Both the position numbers and the translations under genes were made by a program. 64,000 nucleotides of DNA from contig OY970399.1 of NCBI GenBank assembly GCA_963720545.1, positions 3,488,001-3,552,000 of the forward strand, in the 5' to 3' direction. This document shows, piece by piece, positions 52,118 to 61,729 of this stretch. The stretch's first letter is position 1. Each line of letters begins with the position of its first letter. This stretch comes from an uncultured Acidobacteriota bacterium (GTDB lineage Bacteria; Acidobacteriota; Vicinamibacteria; Fen-336). Below the pieces are notes generated by a model, which had not been told where the DNA came from, ran no database searches, and saw only the letters and a program-made list of their open reading frames with translations.

Positions 52118-52922
52118 GTTCCGACGGCCGGGTGCCGTAGCGGCGGCGAAACGTCGTCGCGAAATGGCTGAGTGAGCCGAAGCCTACGGCGAAGCAGGTT
52201 TCGGTGACGCCGGCGCCGTCGCGGAGCCTGGTGCGGGCGTGAGCGAGCCTCACATCGCGCAGATAGCGGTGGGGCGGCTGGCCTTCGAGCTCGGCGAAGA
52301 CACGCGCGAAGTGGAAGATGCTCATTCCGGCGTCGCGAGCCAGCATGGAAAGTGACAGCCGCTCGGCGTAGCGCGCTGCAATCATCGCTTTCGCGCGCTC
52401 GACGCGGCCTGCGTACCACGACAGGCGGACGGCGCGGAACAGCGGTTGCTTCTTTCTGCTCGCTGAGAGCGACGCAAGCAGCGCGTCGGCGAGAGCTTCG
52501 AGGCGCCCTTCGTCTCCCGCAACGCACTCCAGGAGGCCGTGCTGCAGGAACGCCTGGCGATTGGTAAGCGGGCGAACAAGAGACGGGGTTGACGCGGGCG
52601 CCGTCATCGCCACGGAGCGCGCGCTCTCAATCGCCTCGTCCGAGTACCTCACGGAAAGACATGAGTCGCTCGGAAGGTCTTCGTCGTGCGCGCACGAGAA
52701 CTCGAGGCCCGGCGTCGTCACGAGCACCGAACCGGCGGTCATCGTATGCCACCTGCCGGTGGTGCGAACCCGAAACGAGCCAGCCTCGACCAGGTTGATG
52801 GCGTGTGTCCTGGCGTGCTCGCGCCTGGGGTCGCGATGCGCCAAACCGGGAACGTGATCGAAGCGCTCCAGCGCGACGGCATCCGTTTGCAGCAGGCGCG
52901 CAACACGGTTCATCGAAACCAT
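52056..52922 (-). CDS. AraC family transcriptional regulator
   Basis: MSIFHFARVF...G.PP..Y...RL..A; VGFGSLSHFATTFRRRYG.RPS. Confidence 0.92.
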   Translation of the reverse strand: MVSMNRVARLLQTDAVALERFDHVPGLAHRDPRREHARTHAINLVEAGSFRVRTTGRWHTMTAGSVLVTTPGLEFSCAHDEDLPSDSCLSVRYSDEAIESARSVAMTAPASTPSLVRPLTNRQAFLQHGLLECVAGDEGRLEALADALLASLSASRKKQPLFRAVRLSWYAGRVERAKAMIAARYAERLSLSMLARDAGMSIFHFARVFAELEGQPPHRYLRDVRLAHARTRLRDGAGVTETCFAVGFGSLSHFATTFRRRYGTRPSELSAPAGARSRLRRSARETAR

Positions 52923-53010
52923 GATGGCACGACTTTGGCGCCCTCGCGATTCGCAAGAAACCGCAAGTCGGGCGGGCGGCTCCAGCCTAGATTGTGAGCC
53001 GGAGGTGTTG

Positions 53011-53460
53011 ATGACGATTGTCCAGACTCTGGCCCTGGCGGTTGGCGTGGCCGTACTTCAGGCCGATGCGGCGGTGGACGCGAACGTGCTGATCGCGCGT
53101 GAAACGGCGTGGCGTTCGTACTTCGCCGGTGACGTGAAGACCCTGGGCGACCTGCTGCCGCCAGAGTTCATTGGCATCGGCATGAACGACGGACCGTTCG
53201 GCGATCGCGCCACGACCCTTGCCGACTCGCAGGCATTCCATGAGCGCGGCGGCCGGTTGGTGAGCCTCTCGTTTCCCGAGACGCGTCAGCAGCGCTACGG
53301 CGACACAATCTTCCTCTATGGACGCTTCGAGGCGGTGATCGAGTCGGGCGGCAAGCAGGCCACGATGCGCGGCCGCCTCACGGAAACGTTCGTGCGGCGC
53401 GACGGCAAGTGGTGGCACCCCGGCTGGCATCTCGACCTGGTCTCGACACCCGACAAGTAG
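53011..53460 (+). CDS. NTF2-like (DUF4440) protein
   Basis: GGAGG RBS; TETFVRRDGKW. Confidence 0.8.
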   Translation: MTIVQTLALAVGVAVLQADAAVDANVLIARETAWRSYFAGDVKTLGDLLPPEFIGIGMNDGPFGDRATTLADSQAFHERGGRLVSLSFPETRQQRYGDTIFLYGRFEAVIESGGKQATMRGRLTETFVRRDGKWWHPGWHLDLVSTPDK

Positions 53461-53498
53461 CTCGTGGCGGCCTCGTTTTCGGCCTAGGATGCTGTTCG

Positions 53499-53867
53499 AT
53501 GGCGACTCAAGCGGACGTGCGTCGCATTGCTCTCGCACTGCCCGGCGCTGTTGAAAACACGGAGGGCCGGTTCGCCTTCGCCGTCGCCGACAAGAAAGGG
53601 AAGCAGAAGGGCTTTGCGTGGTCCTGGCTGGAACGCATCCACCCGAAGAAGGCGCGCGTGCCGAGCTCCAAGGTCATCGCCGTACGGGTGCGCGACCAGG
53701 CCGAGAAGGCGGCGCTCCTGGCCGGCGATCCCGACGTCTTCTTCACCGAACCTCATTACAACGGTTACCCGGCAGTGCTCGTGCGCCTCGCCGCGGTCAC
53801 GAAACCGCAGCTGAAGAAGATCCTCTACGAAGCCTGGCGATGCCAGGCGCCCCAGAACCTTAAGTAG
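53499..53867 (+). CDS. MmcQ/YjbR family protein
   Basis: DVRRIALALPG, FFTEPHYNGYPAVLVRL, EAWR..AP. Confidence 0.85.
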   Translation: MATQADVRRIALALPGAVENTEGRFAFAVADKKGKQKGFAWSWLERIHPKKARVPSSKVIAVRVRDQAEKAALLAGDPDVFFTEPHYNGYPAVLVRLAAVTKPQLKKILYEAWRCQAPQNLK

Positions 53868-53881
53868 ACTCGCGCACGACG

Positions 53882-55417
53882 ATGGCTCTGTTCCAAAGCA
53901 CACTGATCCTCCTTGTCATTGCGATAGCTCTGCTCCAGGTGTCGCGGCGGTTCGCGATTCCCTATCCCACCATCCTGGCCATGGCCGGCGTGGGGGTGGC
54001 CGCGCTGCCGGGAGCGCCGACCATCGGCATCGAGCCGCACCTGGCCTTGGCGCTCTTCATTGCGCCGGCGCTGCTCGATGCGGCGTACGACTTTCCGCGC
54101 TCGGCGTTGTGGCGGCATTGGATTCCGCTGGTGCTGCTCGCCGCGGTGGCGGTGGTGGTGACGACCGCTGCGGTGGCGTGGGCCAGCGTGACGTGGGCGG
54201 GCCTGCCGCTTTACGCGGGGATAGCACTCGGGGCGATCGTGTCGCCGCCGGATGCGGCGGCCGCTACGGCAATGCTCGGGCGGCTGGCCCTGCCGCGAGC
54301 CACTGTCACCGTGCTGAAAGGCGAGAGCCTACTCAACGACGCTGTCGCGCTCCTGATCTTCGGCGCGGCGGTTGGGGCGATGACCAGCGGGACATCGATC
54401 ACGGCGCGCCTGCCCCAGCTCGCGCTGGCGGCGCCGGGCGGAGTGCTCGTCGGCTACGCGCTCGGATGGGTCCAGGCGCGCGTCACGCCGCACCTCGCCG
54501 GTACCGTGGGTCTCGTGGTGATGACCTTCGTCTCCACCTACGGCACCTGGCTCATCGCCGAACAACTGCACGTCTCGCCGATCCTCGCGATCGTTGCGTA
54601 CGGGATGACGGTTGCGCGCCACGGCCCTCACTTCGTCGCGGCGCGCGACCGGATGCACATCTACGCGGTGTGGGGCTTTGCGGTGTTCCTGCTCAACGTC
54701 GTCGCGTTCCTGCTGCTGGGGCTGCAGGCGCGCACCATCCTCAACGGCTTCGCGGATGCGGAACTGTTCGCCGCCCTGCGCTTCGCGGGCGGCATCTTTG
54801 TGCTCGTGGTCGTCATCAGAATCGTGCTGGTCATGATCTACAACCGGGCGATCCAGCCGGTCTATCGCTGGCTCGGCCGCACGCCGCCAACCGTGGCGCA
54901 GGGAATTCTGGTCTCCTGGTGCGGGATGCGCGGGCTGGTCACCCTGGCAACCGCGCTCGCGCTGCCGGCGACCTTTCCAGGCCGCGATCTCATCGTGCTG
55001 AGCGCTGTCGCAGTAGTGCTGGGCACGCTGGTGCTGCAAGGACTGACTCTCGGCCCGCTGATTCGCGTGCTGCGCTTTCCACCCGATGATTCGCTGCAGC
55101 GTGAGGTGGCAACAGCGCGCCTGGCTCTCTTCGGCGCGGCCATCGACAAGCTCGCTGGCGACGAGAATCCGGACGCGGTGTCGCTTTGCAGGAAATACAC
55201 GACACGTCACGCGCTCACTGTCGATGGTCTCGACCCGAACGATCTCCAGCACCTGCGGCTGCTGCGCAAGACGCTTGCCGCGGAGCGTGAGCGCCTCTCC
55301 GAGCTGCGGCGCGACGGGCACATCGACGACGAGGTCTTCCACGAGCTCGAAGCCGAGCTGGACCGCGCCGAAATGGCGACAGCACCGCACGAGAAGTTCG
55401 AGCTCGTCGAAGGCTAG
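53882..55417 (+). CDS. CPA1 family Na+/H+ antiporter
   Basis: SPPDAAA, GESLLNDA, WCGMRGLVTLATAL. Confidence 0.93.
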   Translation: MALFQSTLILLVIAIALLQVSRRFAIPYPTILAMAGVGVAALPGAPTIGIEPHLALALFIAPALLDAAYDFPRSALWRHWIPLVLLAAVAVVVTTAAVAWASVTWAGLPLYAGIALGAIVSPPDAAAATAMLGRLALPRATVTVLKGESLLNDAVALLIFGAAVGAMTSGTSITARLPQLALAAPGGVLVGYALGWVQARVTPHLAGTVGLVVMTFVSTYGTWLIAEQLHVSPILAIVAYGMTVARHGPHFVAARDRMHIYAVWGFAVFLLNVVAFLLLGLQARTILNGFADAELFAALRFAGGIFVLVVVIRIVLVMIYNRAIQPVYRWLGRTPPTVAQGILVSWCGMRGLVTLATALALPATFPGRDLIVLSAVAVVLGTLVLQGLTLGPLIRVLRFPPDDSLQREVATARLALFGAAIDKLAGDENPDAVSLCRKYTTRHALTVDGLDPNDLQHLRLLRKTLAAERERLSELRRDGHIDDEVFHELEAELDRAEMATAPHEKFELVEG

Positions 55418-55420
55418 GCG

Positions 55421-56170
55421 ATGCGCGTCGCGGCGCTCTTCGACATTCATGCGAACCTGCCGGCGCTCGAGGCTGTGATCGCGCGGATGCGAGGCGTTGG
55501 CATCAACCTGATCGTGGTGGGCGGCGACGTGGTTCCCGGGCCCATGGTACGGGAGACGCTCGCGTTGCTGCGCAGCGCTGGTGCGCCTTGCGTGTTCATC
55601 CACGGCAACGGCGAGACCGAGATCCTTGCGGCTCGTGCGGGCCGCGAACTGACTCGCGTTCCCGCGAACTTTCGCGATGCGATCGAATGGAACGCGGCCG
55701 GGTTGTCGGAGGCGGAGACGTCGATGGTCGAGTCGTGGCCGCTCACGGCGCGCGTCGAGGTCCCAGGCCTGGGCACGGTGCTCTTCTGCCATGCAACGCC
55801 GCGCGGCGACAACGAACTGTTCACCAAGCTGACCCCGACCGAGAGGCTGCTGCCGATCTTTTCAGCGACCGGAGCGGATGTCGTCGTGTGCGGTCATACA
55901 CACATGCAGTTCGACCGGCAGGTGGGAAGCGTGCGCGTCGTCAACGCCGGCAGCGTCGGGATGCCCTTTGGCAGGACCGGCGCCGACTGGCTGCTGATTG
56001 GGCCCGCGATCGAGTTTCAACACACGGACTACGATCTGGCGGATGCCGCCGCACGGATTCGGGCGACCGCCTACCCACAGGCGGAGTTCGCCGCGAACGC
56101 GGTGCTCAACCCAAGGTCGGAGGAGGAGATGGCGGCGTTGTTCGAACGGGCGGCGCTGGGGGGTAGGTAA
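55421..56170 (+). CDS. Calcineurin-like metallophosphoesterase
   Basis: DIHAN, GDVVPG, GN, CH, GHTH, NAGSVG. Confidence 0.9.
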   Translation: MRVAALFDIHANLPALEAVIARMRGVGINLIVVGGDVVPGPMVRETLALLRSAGAPCVFIHGNGETEILAARAGRELTRVPANFRDAIEWNAAGLSEAETSMVESWPLTARVEVPGLGTVLFCHATPRGDNELFTKLTPTERLLPIFSATGADVVVCGHTHMQFDRQVGSVRVVNAGSVGMPFGRTGADWLLIGPAIEFQHTDYDLADAAARIRATAYPQAEFAANAVLNPRSEEEMAALFERAALGGR

Positions 56171-56220
56171 CGGGAGATCCCTCGGGCCAGCGCAAGCGCA
56201 AGGAGCCCTCGGGAAAACGG
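56169..56220 (-). repeat. Intergenic hairpin repeat family A, copy 3
   Basis: Reverse complement CCGTTTTCCCGAGGG-N19-CCCGAGGGATCTCCCGTT. Confidence 0.75.
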
Positions 56221-56237
56221 GAGCGATCGGGGAACGG

Positions 56238-57155
56238 CTACCGTAAGGCGGCTAGTTGCTTCCAGTTGATGAGGATGAAGCCCTGCTCGCGGAGGTAGTT
56301 GCGGAACGCGGGGCTGCTCACGAGGTTGAGGTCCCATTCGCGCCAGGCGGCGCCCCAGTCGGGATGGTCCGCGGTCGCGCCGCGCATCTCCTCGTCGTCA
56401 TAGCCAAGGTGGACGATCAGCTGGTAAACGCCCGGCGGCAGCGGCGTGAGGATGTCCCTGTAAGCGGCGAACCACTGGTCGCGCGTGACGCCGGGACCGA
56501 TGGAGACGACGCGGTCGACGAAGGCTTCGTCGCGCGCCGCGGTGGCCGGTGCGTTGCGCGAGCCACTGCGTTCCAGCAGTCGCGGCAGGTTCACGGCCTC
56601 GCCGACGCGGCGATACGTCTCGAACAGCGGCTCGGAGCGGAACAGCATCGCCATGTGCGAGTCGATGTGCGACAGGCGAATGCCCGCCGAGCGTGCCCGT
56701 TCCACCTGTGCCTTCAGCTCCACCTCGACTTCCGCCGGCACCGCGCGCGGCACGACCAGTTCCTCGTTCAGCGGCAGGTAGCCCTGGGCGTCCATGAGGC
56801 TCGGCACCTTGTCCACCGGGCTCACCGGCCGCCAGCGAAACGGCGTCCACTCGCTGTTGAGCGCCAGGTGGATGCCAAGGTCCGCGTCCGGATGAGCCGC
56901 GGCGAAGCTCACGACCTCGGGAAACCACGGGCACGGGACCAGGATACTGGCCGACGTGACCCAGCCGTTTTCGAGCGCTTTGAACGTGGCGCGGTTGACC
57001 GAGTGGGACATGCCGAGGTCGTCGGCATGAATGATCAGCAGGCGCGATTCGGCGGGGTAGCCGAGCCGCTCCTGCACGGTGCGTGTTTCGCTTGCGGTCG
57101 CGGTGGCCACCGCGAGTGCTGCTGCGAGCCAGGGCATCACTGCCATACGCCGCAT
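56238..57155 (-). CDS. ChbG/YdjC family carbohydrate deacetylase (signal peptide)
   Basis: IIHADDLG, GIHLAL, SHIDSHM, VHLG. Confidence 0.9.
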   Translation of the reverse strand: MRRMAVMPWLAAALAVATATASETRTVQERLGYPAESRLLIIHADDLGMSHSVNRATFKALENGWVTSASILVPCPWFPEVVSFAAAHPDADLGIHLALNSEWTPFRWRPVSPVDKVPSLMDAQGYLPLNEELVVPRAVPAEVEVELKAQVERARSAGIRLSHIDSHMAMLFRSEPLFETYRRVGEAVNLPRLLERSGSRNAPATAARDEAFVDRVVSIGPGVTRDQWFAAYRDILTPLPPGVYQLIVHLGYDDEEMRGATADHPDWGAAWREWDLNLVSSPAFRNYLREQGFILINWKQLAALR

Positions 57156-57301
57156 GCTAGGACTTTTTCAGCTCGAGGCGCATGGTCGGGCGCGCTTTCG
57201 TCGGCCGGGCGACAGTCTCGAACCCGGCGCGGCGGAACGTACTGACGTCGATAGCTCCGGTATCAGCGGCCGAATCGTCAGCATTGGTCGGCGTTGCTCG
57301 A

Positions 57302-58153
57302 CTACTGCAATTGAGTTCCGTCGGCTTCGGGGCGGTCGTCCCCTTGCAGCTCGTCGTGCGTGCCCGCCGGGCCCCGCTCTAGGCCGGTTTCGAGGGCGCC
57401 GATACGGCCCTGGCGGTCGAGAGTCATCGTGGTCGGCCACACGCGGATGCCGGCGCGACGGGCGATGCGCAGGTCGCTGTCCGGCACCGTGGTGAACCGC
57501 TCGCCGAGATGTCCGGCCACCACTTCTGACTCGCGGCCGCCAGCGCCGCCGAGCACCACGACGAGGTTGACGCCGCGCTCTTCCGCGGCGTCGTAGCGCG
57601 CGGCGAGATTGCGCAGGTGCGCCATGGTCGCATCGGTCACAGCGGGCACGAAAGTCACGACCGTGCCGTAGCTGCCGCGGCTCCACGGAAACGGCGGACA
57701 GGGATCCTGCAGCGCCGAGTAGTCGATGGGCCACAACAAGTCGCCGATGGGAAACAGCTTGTCGACGCCCCAGGCCGCGCCGATCACGTCGAGGTTCGGC
57801 GACGGGCTGGTGACAAGACGGCTGTCGAGCGCGTGCGTCAGCTGGCGCGCGTCCAGCTCGCCTTCGTGCGACCACGTCACGTCGCCGGCGGGGCCCACCA
57901 GGCGGGCGCTGCCGTCTTCGAGGCGAAATGCGCGCGACCAGCGGCCGCCGACGTCCTCGGCCACGACCGTCGCGAGGCCCATCTCCGCACCCACACGCTG
58001 CAGTGCGGTGACCGGTCCGTCACGCCGGTCGAGGCGCTGGCCTTCGGGGACGAGTGCCAGCAGCGCCAGGCCGGCATCGCGGCGGTGGCTCGAGGCGAGC
58101 GCGGCGCCGATCGCGGCCGCGGCCTCATGGCTCAGGGATTCGCCGGCGTGCAC
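57302..58153 (-). CDS. Tandem thioredoxin/redoxin-like folds without CxxC; probably the frameshifted C-terminus of 58125-59951
   Basis: EDVGGRWSRAF...LVGPAG.V.W and PDSDLRIARRAGIRVWPTTMTLDRQGRI; frame stays open upstream (LAAHNTLIVH). Confidence 0.6.
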   Translation of the reverse strand: MHAGESLSHEAAAAIGAALASSHRRDAGLALLALVPEGQRLDRRDGPVTALQRVGAEMGLATVVAEDVGGRWSRAFRLEDGSARLVGPAGDVTWSHEGELDARQLTHALDSRLVTSPSPNLDVIGAAWGVDKLFPIGDLLWPIDYSALQDPCPPFPWSRGSYGTVVTFVPAVTDATMAHLRNLAARYDAAEERGVNLVVVLGGAGGRESEVVAGHLGERFTTVPDSDLRIARRAGIRVWPTTMTLDRQGRIGALETGLERGPAGTHDELQGDDRPEADGTQLQ

Positions 58154-59951
58154 GATGAGCGTGTTGTGCGCCGCTAGCAGCGCGGTTCGTCACGGCGAGG
58201 TCCACGCGCGCCAGCTGCGGGAACGGAACGTCCTGCGACAGCTCCGGAACGTCGGTGAAGTCGTGGCCGAACAGCGGGCCGGGATCGACTTGGAGCCCGG
58301 CGTAGATGTTGAACCCGAAGTGATTGCACTCGGTCTTGCTGGTGACGCGCTCGAGGTCGCCGGTGACAGCGTTCACCTGTGCCCCCTGGATCCACAAGCA
58401 CACACGACCCGAGACGTCGACTCCCGGCAGCGGCTCGGTGCCCTCGAACGCGATGTCGATGCCCCAGCGGCCCTTGCCGGCCCGCGGCCGGCGCAGCACG
58501 AAGCGGTCGGCCCAGGTTTTCGCGCCGGTGGCCTGCGAGCCATAGGTGGTCCACGACCAGGAAAACTTGTCGATGCGGCCGCCCGGGATCCACGCCTTCA
58601 CGGCGGTCAGCGCGTCGCCTTCGCCGGTCTTCTCGAACATCACCACGGGCCGCTGGCGGCGCGACACCGAGATGCGCCCGCGCAGGATCATGCCGTCGCC
58701 GAGGAACTCCGCGCCTTCAACGCGCGCGCCGGCGCCGGCGTCGAGCGTGCGCAGCTGGGTCACGAGCTCCGCCTTGCGGCCGAGGATGGCATCGACATCC
58801 GGTTGCGCGGCGGCGCAGGCGTTCTCGATCATCGGCTTCACGATGCCGTCGATGGTGCTCTTCACCGTGCCCTCGACGATGCCGCCGAACGGCCCACCCA
58901 CGTGGGCGTTGACCTTGCGCGAGCCGACGCCCAGCCACAACCGCTCCGAGCCGCTGTCGAAGTTGACTGTGATGTCCTGGTCGATGTCGAAGGTGGCGTT
59001 GGGAAGGATCGAGTCGGTGTTGGCGCCGCCGCTGACCTTGATCTTGATCACGGCGAAGCCGCCGTAGGGATGCCACTCGACGACCGGCGGGTTGGTCCAC
59101 ACGCGGTAAACGGTGTCGATGTCGGGCGCGGGCCACGGCGTGCCGACGTGCACCTTGATCGTCGGGTGGAAGTCGCGGATGGGTGCCAGCGCAGGCTCGG
59201 CCAGCGCCATGACCGTGGCGGTGCTCACCGCGATGCCGAAGTCGGCGCCTTGCAGGAACAGCCAGTTGACGCTCGCGATGTTGCCGGCCGGATCGCCATT
59301 GACCGGCACCGGCGCCACGACTGCAGTCTCGCCGTTCGCGTCGAGGCTGCGCAGCGAACCGCGCCGGAAGCGCTTCGACACCGGGTGCGGCGTCGCCTGG
59401 AACTCGGTCAGCAGCGCCACCGCGACCTGCCGGCTGATGCGCTCCTCGACCTGCGCATGGTCTTCGACGGCGCCGCCCGGTGTGTACATGCCGGTGAAAT
59501 TGATCTCGTCCTCAGCGGTTCCGGCGAAATGCACGGTCTCCGGCACCACGCGCACCCACACGTGGTCCGCGGCCTTCTTCGACCAGCCCAGGCACTTCGG
59601 ATCGATGTCGGCGATGTGGTACTGCGCGCGCACTGTGCCGTTCATGTACTGGGGCAGCGGTTTGGTGCCGGCATCCGGCAGGTAGCGGGCGCGCACCGGC
59701 ACTTCGATCCAGAAGCGGTCGGTGGAGCCGCCGATGAGCGAGACGCGCGGCGCGCCCACCTGCGCCTTGACCGTGCCGAGGACGCCGTCGACCTTGTGGA
59801 CCTGGCCGAGGCGCAGCTGCACGCTGTGCGGAAAGCTCGGCGTGTCGGGATTGGTGAACGCGTTCTGGTGGAGGCTCGCCATCAGGCGGTTGATGGTCTT
59901 GCCGCTCACCTGCAAGACAGCATCGAAGTCACCGGTCAACGGGTTCGGCAT
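58125..59951 (-). CDS. Large beta-rich hypothetical protein, possible TULIP/BPI-like fold
   Basis: DAVLQVSGKTINRLM and DFGIAVS motifs, long amphipathic strands and helices; no signal peptide; strong codon bias. Confidence 0.7.
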   Translation of the reverse strand: MPNPLTGDFDAVLQVSGKTINRLMASLHQNAFTNPDTPSFPHSVQLRLGQVHKVDGVLGTVKAQVGAPRVSLIGGSTDRFWIEVPVRARYLPDAGTKPLPQYMNGTVRAQYHIADIDPKCLGWSKKAADHVWVRVVPETVHFAGTAEDEINFTGMYTPGGAVEDHAQVEERISRQVAVALLTEFQATPHPVSKRFRRGSLRSLDANGETAVVAPVPVNGDPAGNIASVNWLFLQGADFGIAVSTATVMALAEPALAPIRDFHPTIKVHVGTPWPAPDIDTVYRVWTNPPVVEWHPYGGFAVIKIKVSGGANTDSILPNATFDIDQDITVNFDSGSERLWLGVGSRKVNAHVGGPFGGIVEGTVKSTIDGIVKPMIENACAAAQPDVDAILGRKAELVTQLRTLDAGAGARVEGAEFLGDGMILRGRISVSRRQRPVVMFEKTGEGDALTAVKAWIPGGRIDKFSWSWTTYGSQATGAKTWADRFVLRRPRAGKGRWGIDIAFEGTEPLPGVDVSGRVCLWIQGAQVNAVTGDLERVTSKTECNHFGFNIYAGLQVDPGPLFGHDFTDVPELSQDVPFPQLARVDLAVTNRAASGAQHAHRARRRIPEP

Positions 59952-59985
59952 GATTCAGGTTCGCTTTCCGACCGCGCGCTCGCGG

Positions 59986-60987
59986 TCACTTGTTGATGGC
60001 GAAGTGGTTCTCGAGTTCTTTCGCGGTCAGCGCCTTGCTGTGCAGCACCACCTCCTGGATGACGCTCAGGATCGGCTGGTGGACGGTCTCCGGCTGCGCC
60101 GGGTTGAGCTGGCCGTTCTCGATGCCGATGTAGAGCGGCAAGCCCACCGGCGGCGCGTACGCGGCGACCGCTGCCTCGGCCACCTGGCTGCCGTTGATGA
60201 ACAGGCGCACGCGGTGCTGCGTGCCCACCTTTTCCACGGTCATCGCGATGTGAATGGCAGCGAGCATCGCGACCGGCGCGCTGGTGAGCGGCACCGCGCC
60301 GGCTGGAGCAAGGCCTACGGCCCACGCGTTCTGGATGCTGGCCAGAAGCTGGAACCCGTGTCCGCTCGGTGGCGGCGCCGGCTCGGCGTAGAGGCCGGCC
60401 GCGCTCCACAGCGTGTGTTCGTAGTTCGCGACCTTGGTCCACGCGGGCGTGATCCACGCTTCGAGCGTGAAATCGGTGGGATGCAGGCCGGCTTTCCACG
60501 GGATGCGCACGAACCCGCCTCCGAAATGGCGTGCCTTCACGGAAGGGTCGGTGACGATGAGGCTCGCCTGGTTGACGACGAACGTGCCGGCGGCTCCCTC
60601 GGTGGCGTCGCCCTGGTTATCGGGCAGCAGCCCGGGCGAGACGTATTCGCCGTCCTGGAAGCCTTTCTCGTCGTGCGCCACGTTGGAGGTCGGCGCATCG
60701 ACGAGGCGCCAGTAGCCGACCACGGCATTGGGGTCCGGCACGATCTCGGGGTTGGGTACGGTCCCGGGATTGTTCGGCACGCCCATGATGTAGTCGCGGT
60801 AGCGCGGCGGCTTCGGCTTTTCCGTGGGCGGCTTGGAAGGGTCGACTTTGGAAGGCGGTGTCTCGGCGCTCGGCTCGGCCTCGGAGGGGGTCGCACCGAC
60901 GCCGAAGCTGCTGCAGCCGACGAAGCGGAACAGCACGACGATGGGCAGCGCCAGCAGGGGCAGCAGCAGGTACAACCAGTCAGCCAT
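59986..60987 (-). CDS. LamG/ConA-like domain putative lipoprotein
   Basis: Hydrophobic N-term ending FVG-C25, Pro/Ser/Thr/Lys linker, VGYWRL, FTLEAWI, HIAMT, LFINGS, IQEVVLHSKALT. Confidence 0.82.
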   Translation of the reverse strand: MADWLYLLLPLLALPIVVLFRFVGCSSFGVGATPSEAEPSAETPPSKVDPSKPPTEKPKPPRYRDYIMGVPNNPGTVPNPEIVPDPNAVVGYWRLVDAPTSNVAHDEKGFQDGEYVSPGLLPDNQGDATEGAAGTFVVNQASLIVTDPSVKARHFGGGFVRIPWKAGLHPTDFTLEAWITPAWTKVANYEHTLWSAAGLYAEPAPPPSGHGFQLLASIQNAWAVGLAPAGAVPLTSAPVAMLAAIHIAMTVEKVGTQHRVRLFINGSQVAEAAVAAYAPPVGLPLYIGIENGQLNPAQPETVHQPILSVIQEVVLHSKALTAKELENHFAINK

Positions 60988-61725
60988 CTAGTTCCTCCAC
61001 GCAGTGATGAGGACGGCAAGGGACAGGGAGACGAGCCCCAGGGATAACGCGCGCTGCAGGCGCAAGCCGAAGGCGCGGTCTTGGGTTTCGCGCGCTGCTT
61101 CGAGGAGGGCGCGAACCGCGCCGTAGCCGCACACCGTGGCGAGAAAGACGACGCCAGCGGCTGGGCTAGTGCGCTGAAGCGCAAAGACCGCGGCCAGCAG
61201 CAAGGCCGCGCTGGCAGCCTCGAGCAGCTGGTTCGGCACGCGGCGCGCCCACACGCCCAGGTGGTTCGGCAGGTACATGCCGAACCGGCTGTTCGTCGGC
61301 CTGCCCGCGCAGCAGCCGTTCAGGAAGCAGCCCGCGCGCGTGATCGCCATGCCGGCCAGCATCGTGAAGGAAGCGCTGTCCCAGAAGCGCCAGAACGGAA
61401 CTGCGAGCGCCGCGAGCAGCGGGACCGACACCGGCACGGCAAGCAGCAGGCCGCCATAGAGCGCACCGCCGCCTTCGTTGCGCGCGTACATCGCCGCGCG
61501 GTTGCTGCGGTATGCGGACCAGTGACTGAGGACGAACAGCAGCCGCGAGCCGAGAAGCGCCGGGATCAGCAGCAGCAGCGTCGCGAGCGAGACCTGGCCG
61601 ACAACGAGGTGCATACGCGCCGCCACCGACTGCTGCACGAACATGCCGGCGACGATACCGGTGGCGAGCATCGCCGGATAGCTGTGGATCCGCAGCCCAT
61701 TCCATTGCAGCAGCACGCGGCGCAT
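60988..61725 (-). CDS. lgt: Prolipoprotein diacylglyceryl transferase, divergent (GCFLNGCC type)
   Basis: IHSYP, LGSRL, GGxxxYGG, RAGCFLNGCCAG, PNQLLE, YGAVRALLE. Confidence 0.85.
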   Translation of the reverse strand: MRRVLLQWNGLRIHSYPAMLATGIVAGMFVQQSVAARMHLVVGQVSLATLLLLIPALLGSRLLFVLSHWSAYRSNRAAMYARNEGGGALYGGLLLAVPVSVPLLAALAVPFWRFWDSASFTMLAGMAITRAGCFLNGCCAGRPTNSRFGMYLPNHLGVWARRVPNQLLEAASAALLLAAVFALQRTSPAAGVVFLATVCGYGAVRALLEAARETQDRAFGLRLQRALSLGLVSLSLAVLITAWRN

Positions 61726-61729
61726 TGGG

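Noticed and set aside
58150..58200. Programmed ribosomal frameshift in the large unknown gene
   Set aside because: No slippery heptamer or homopolymer at the junction; other indels in the window favour error or mutation
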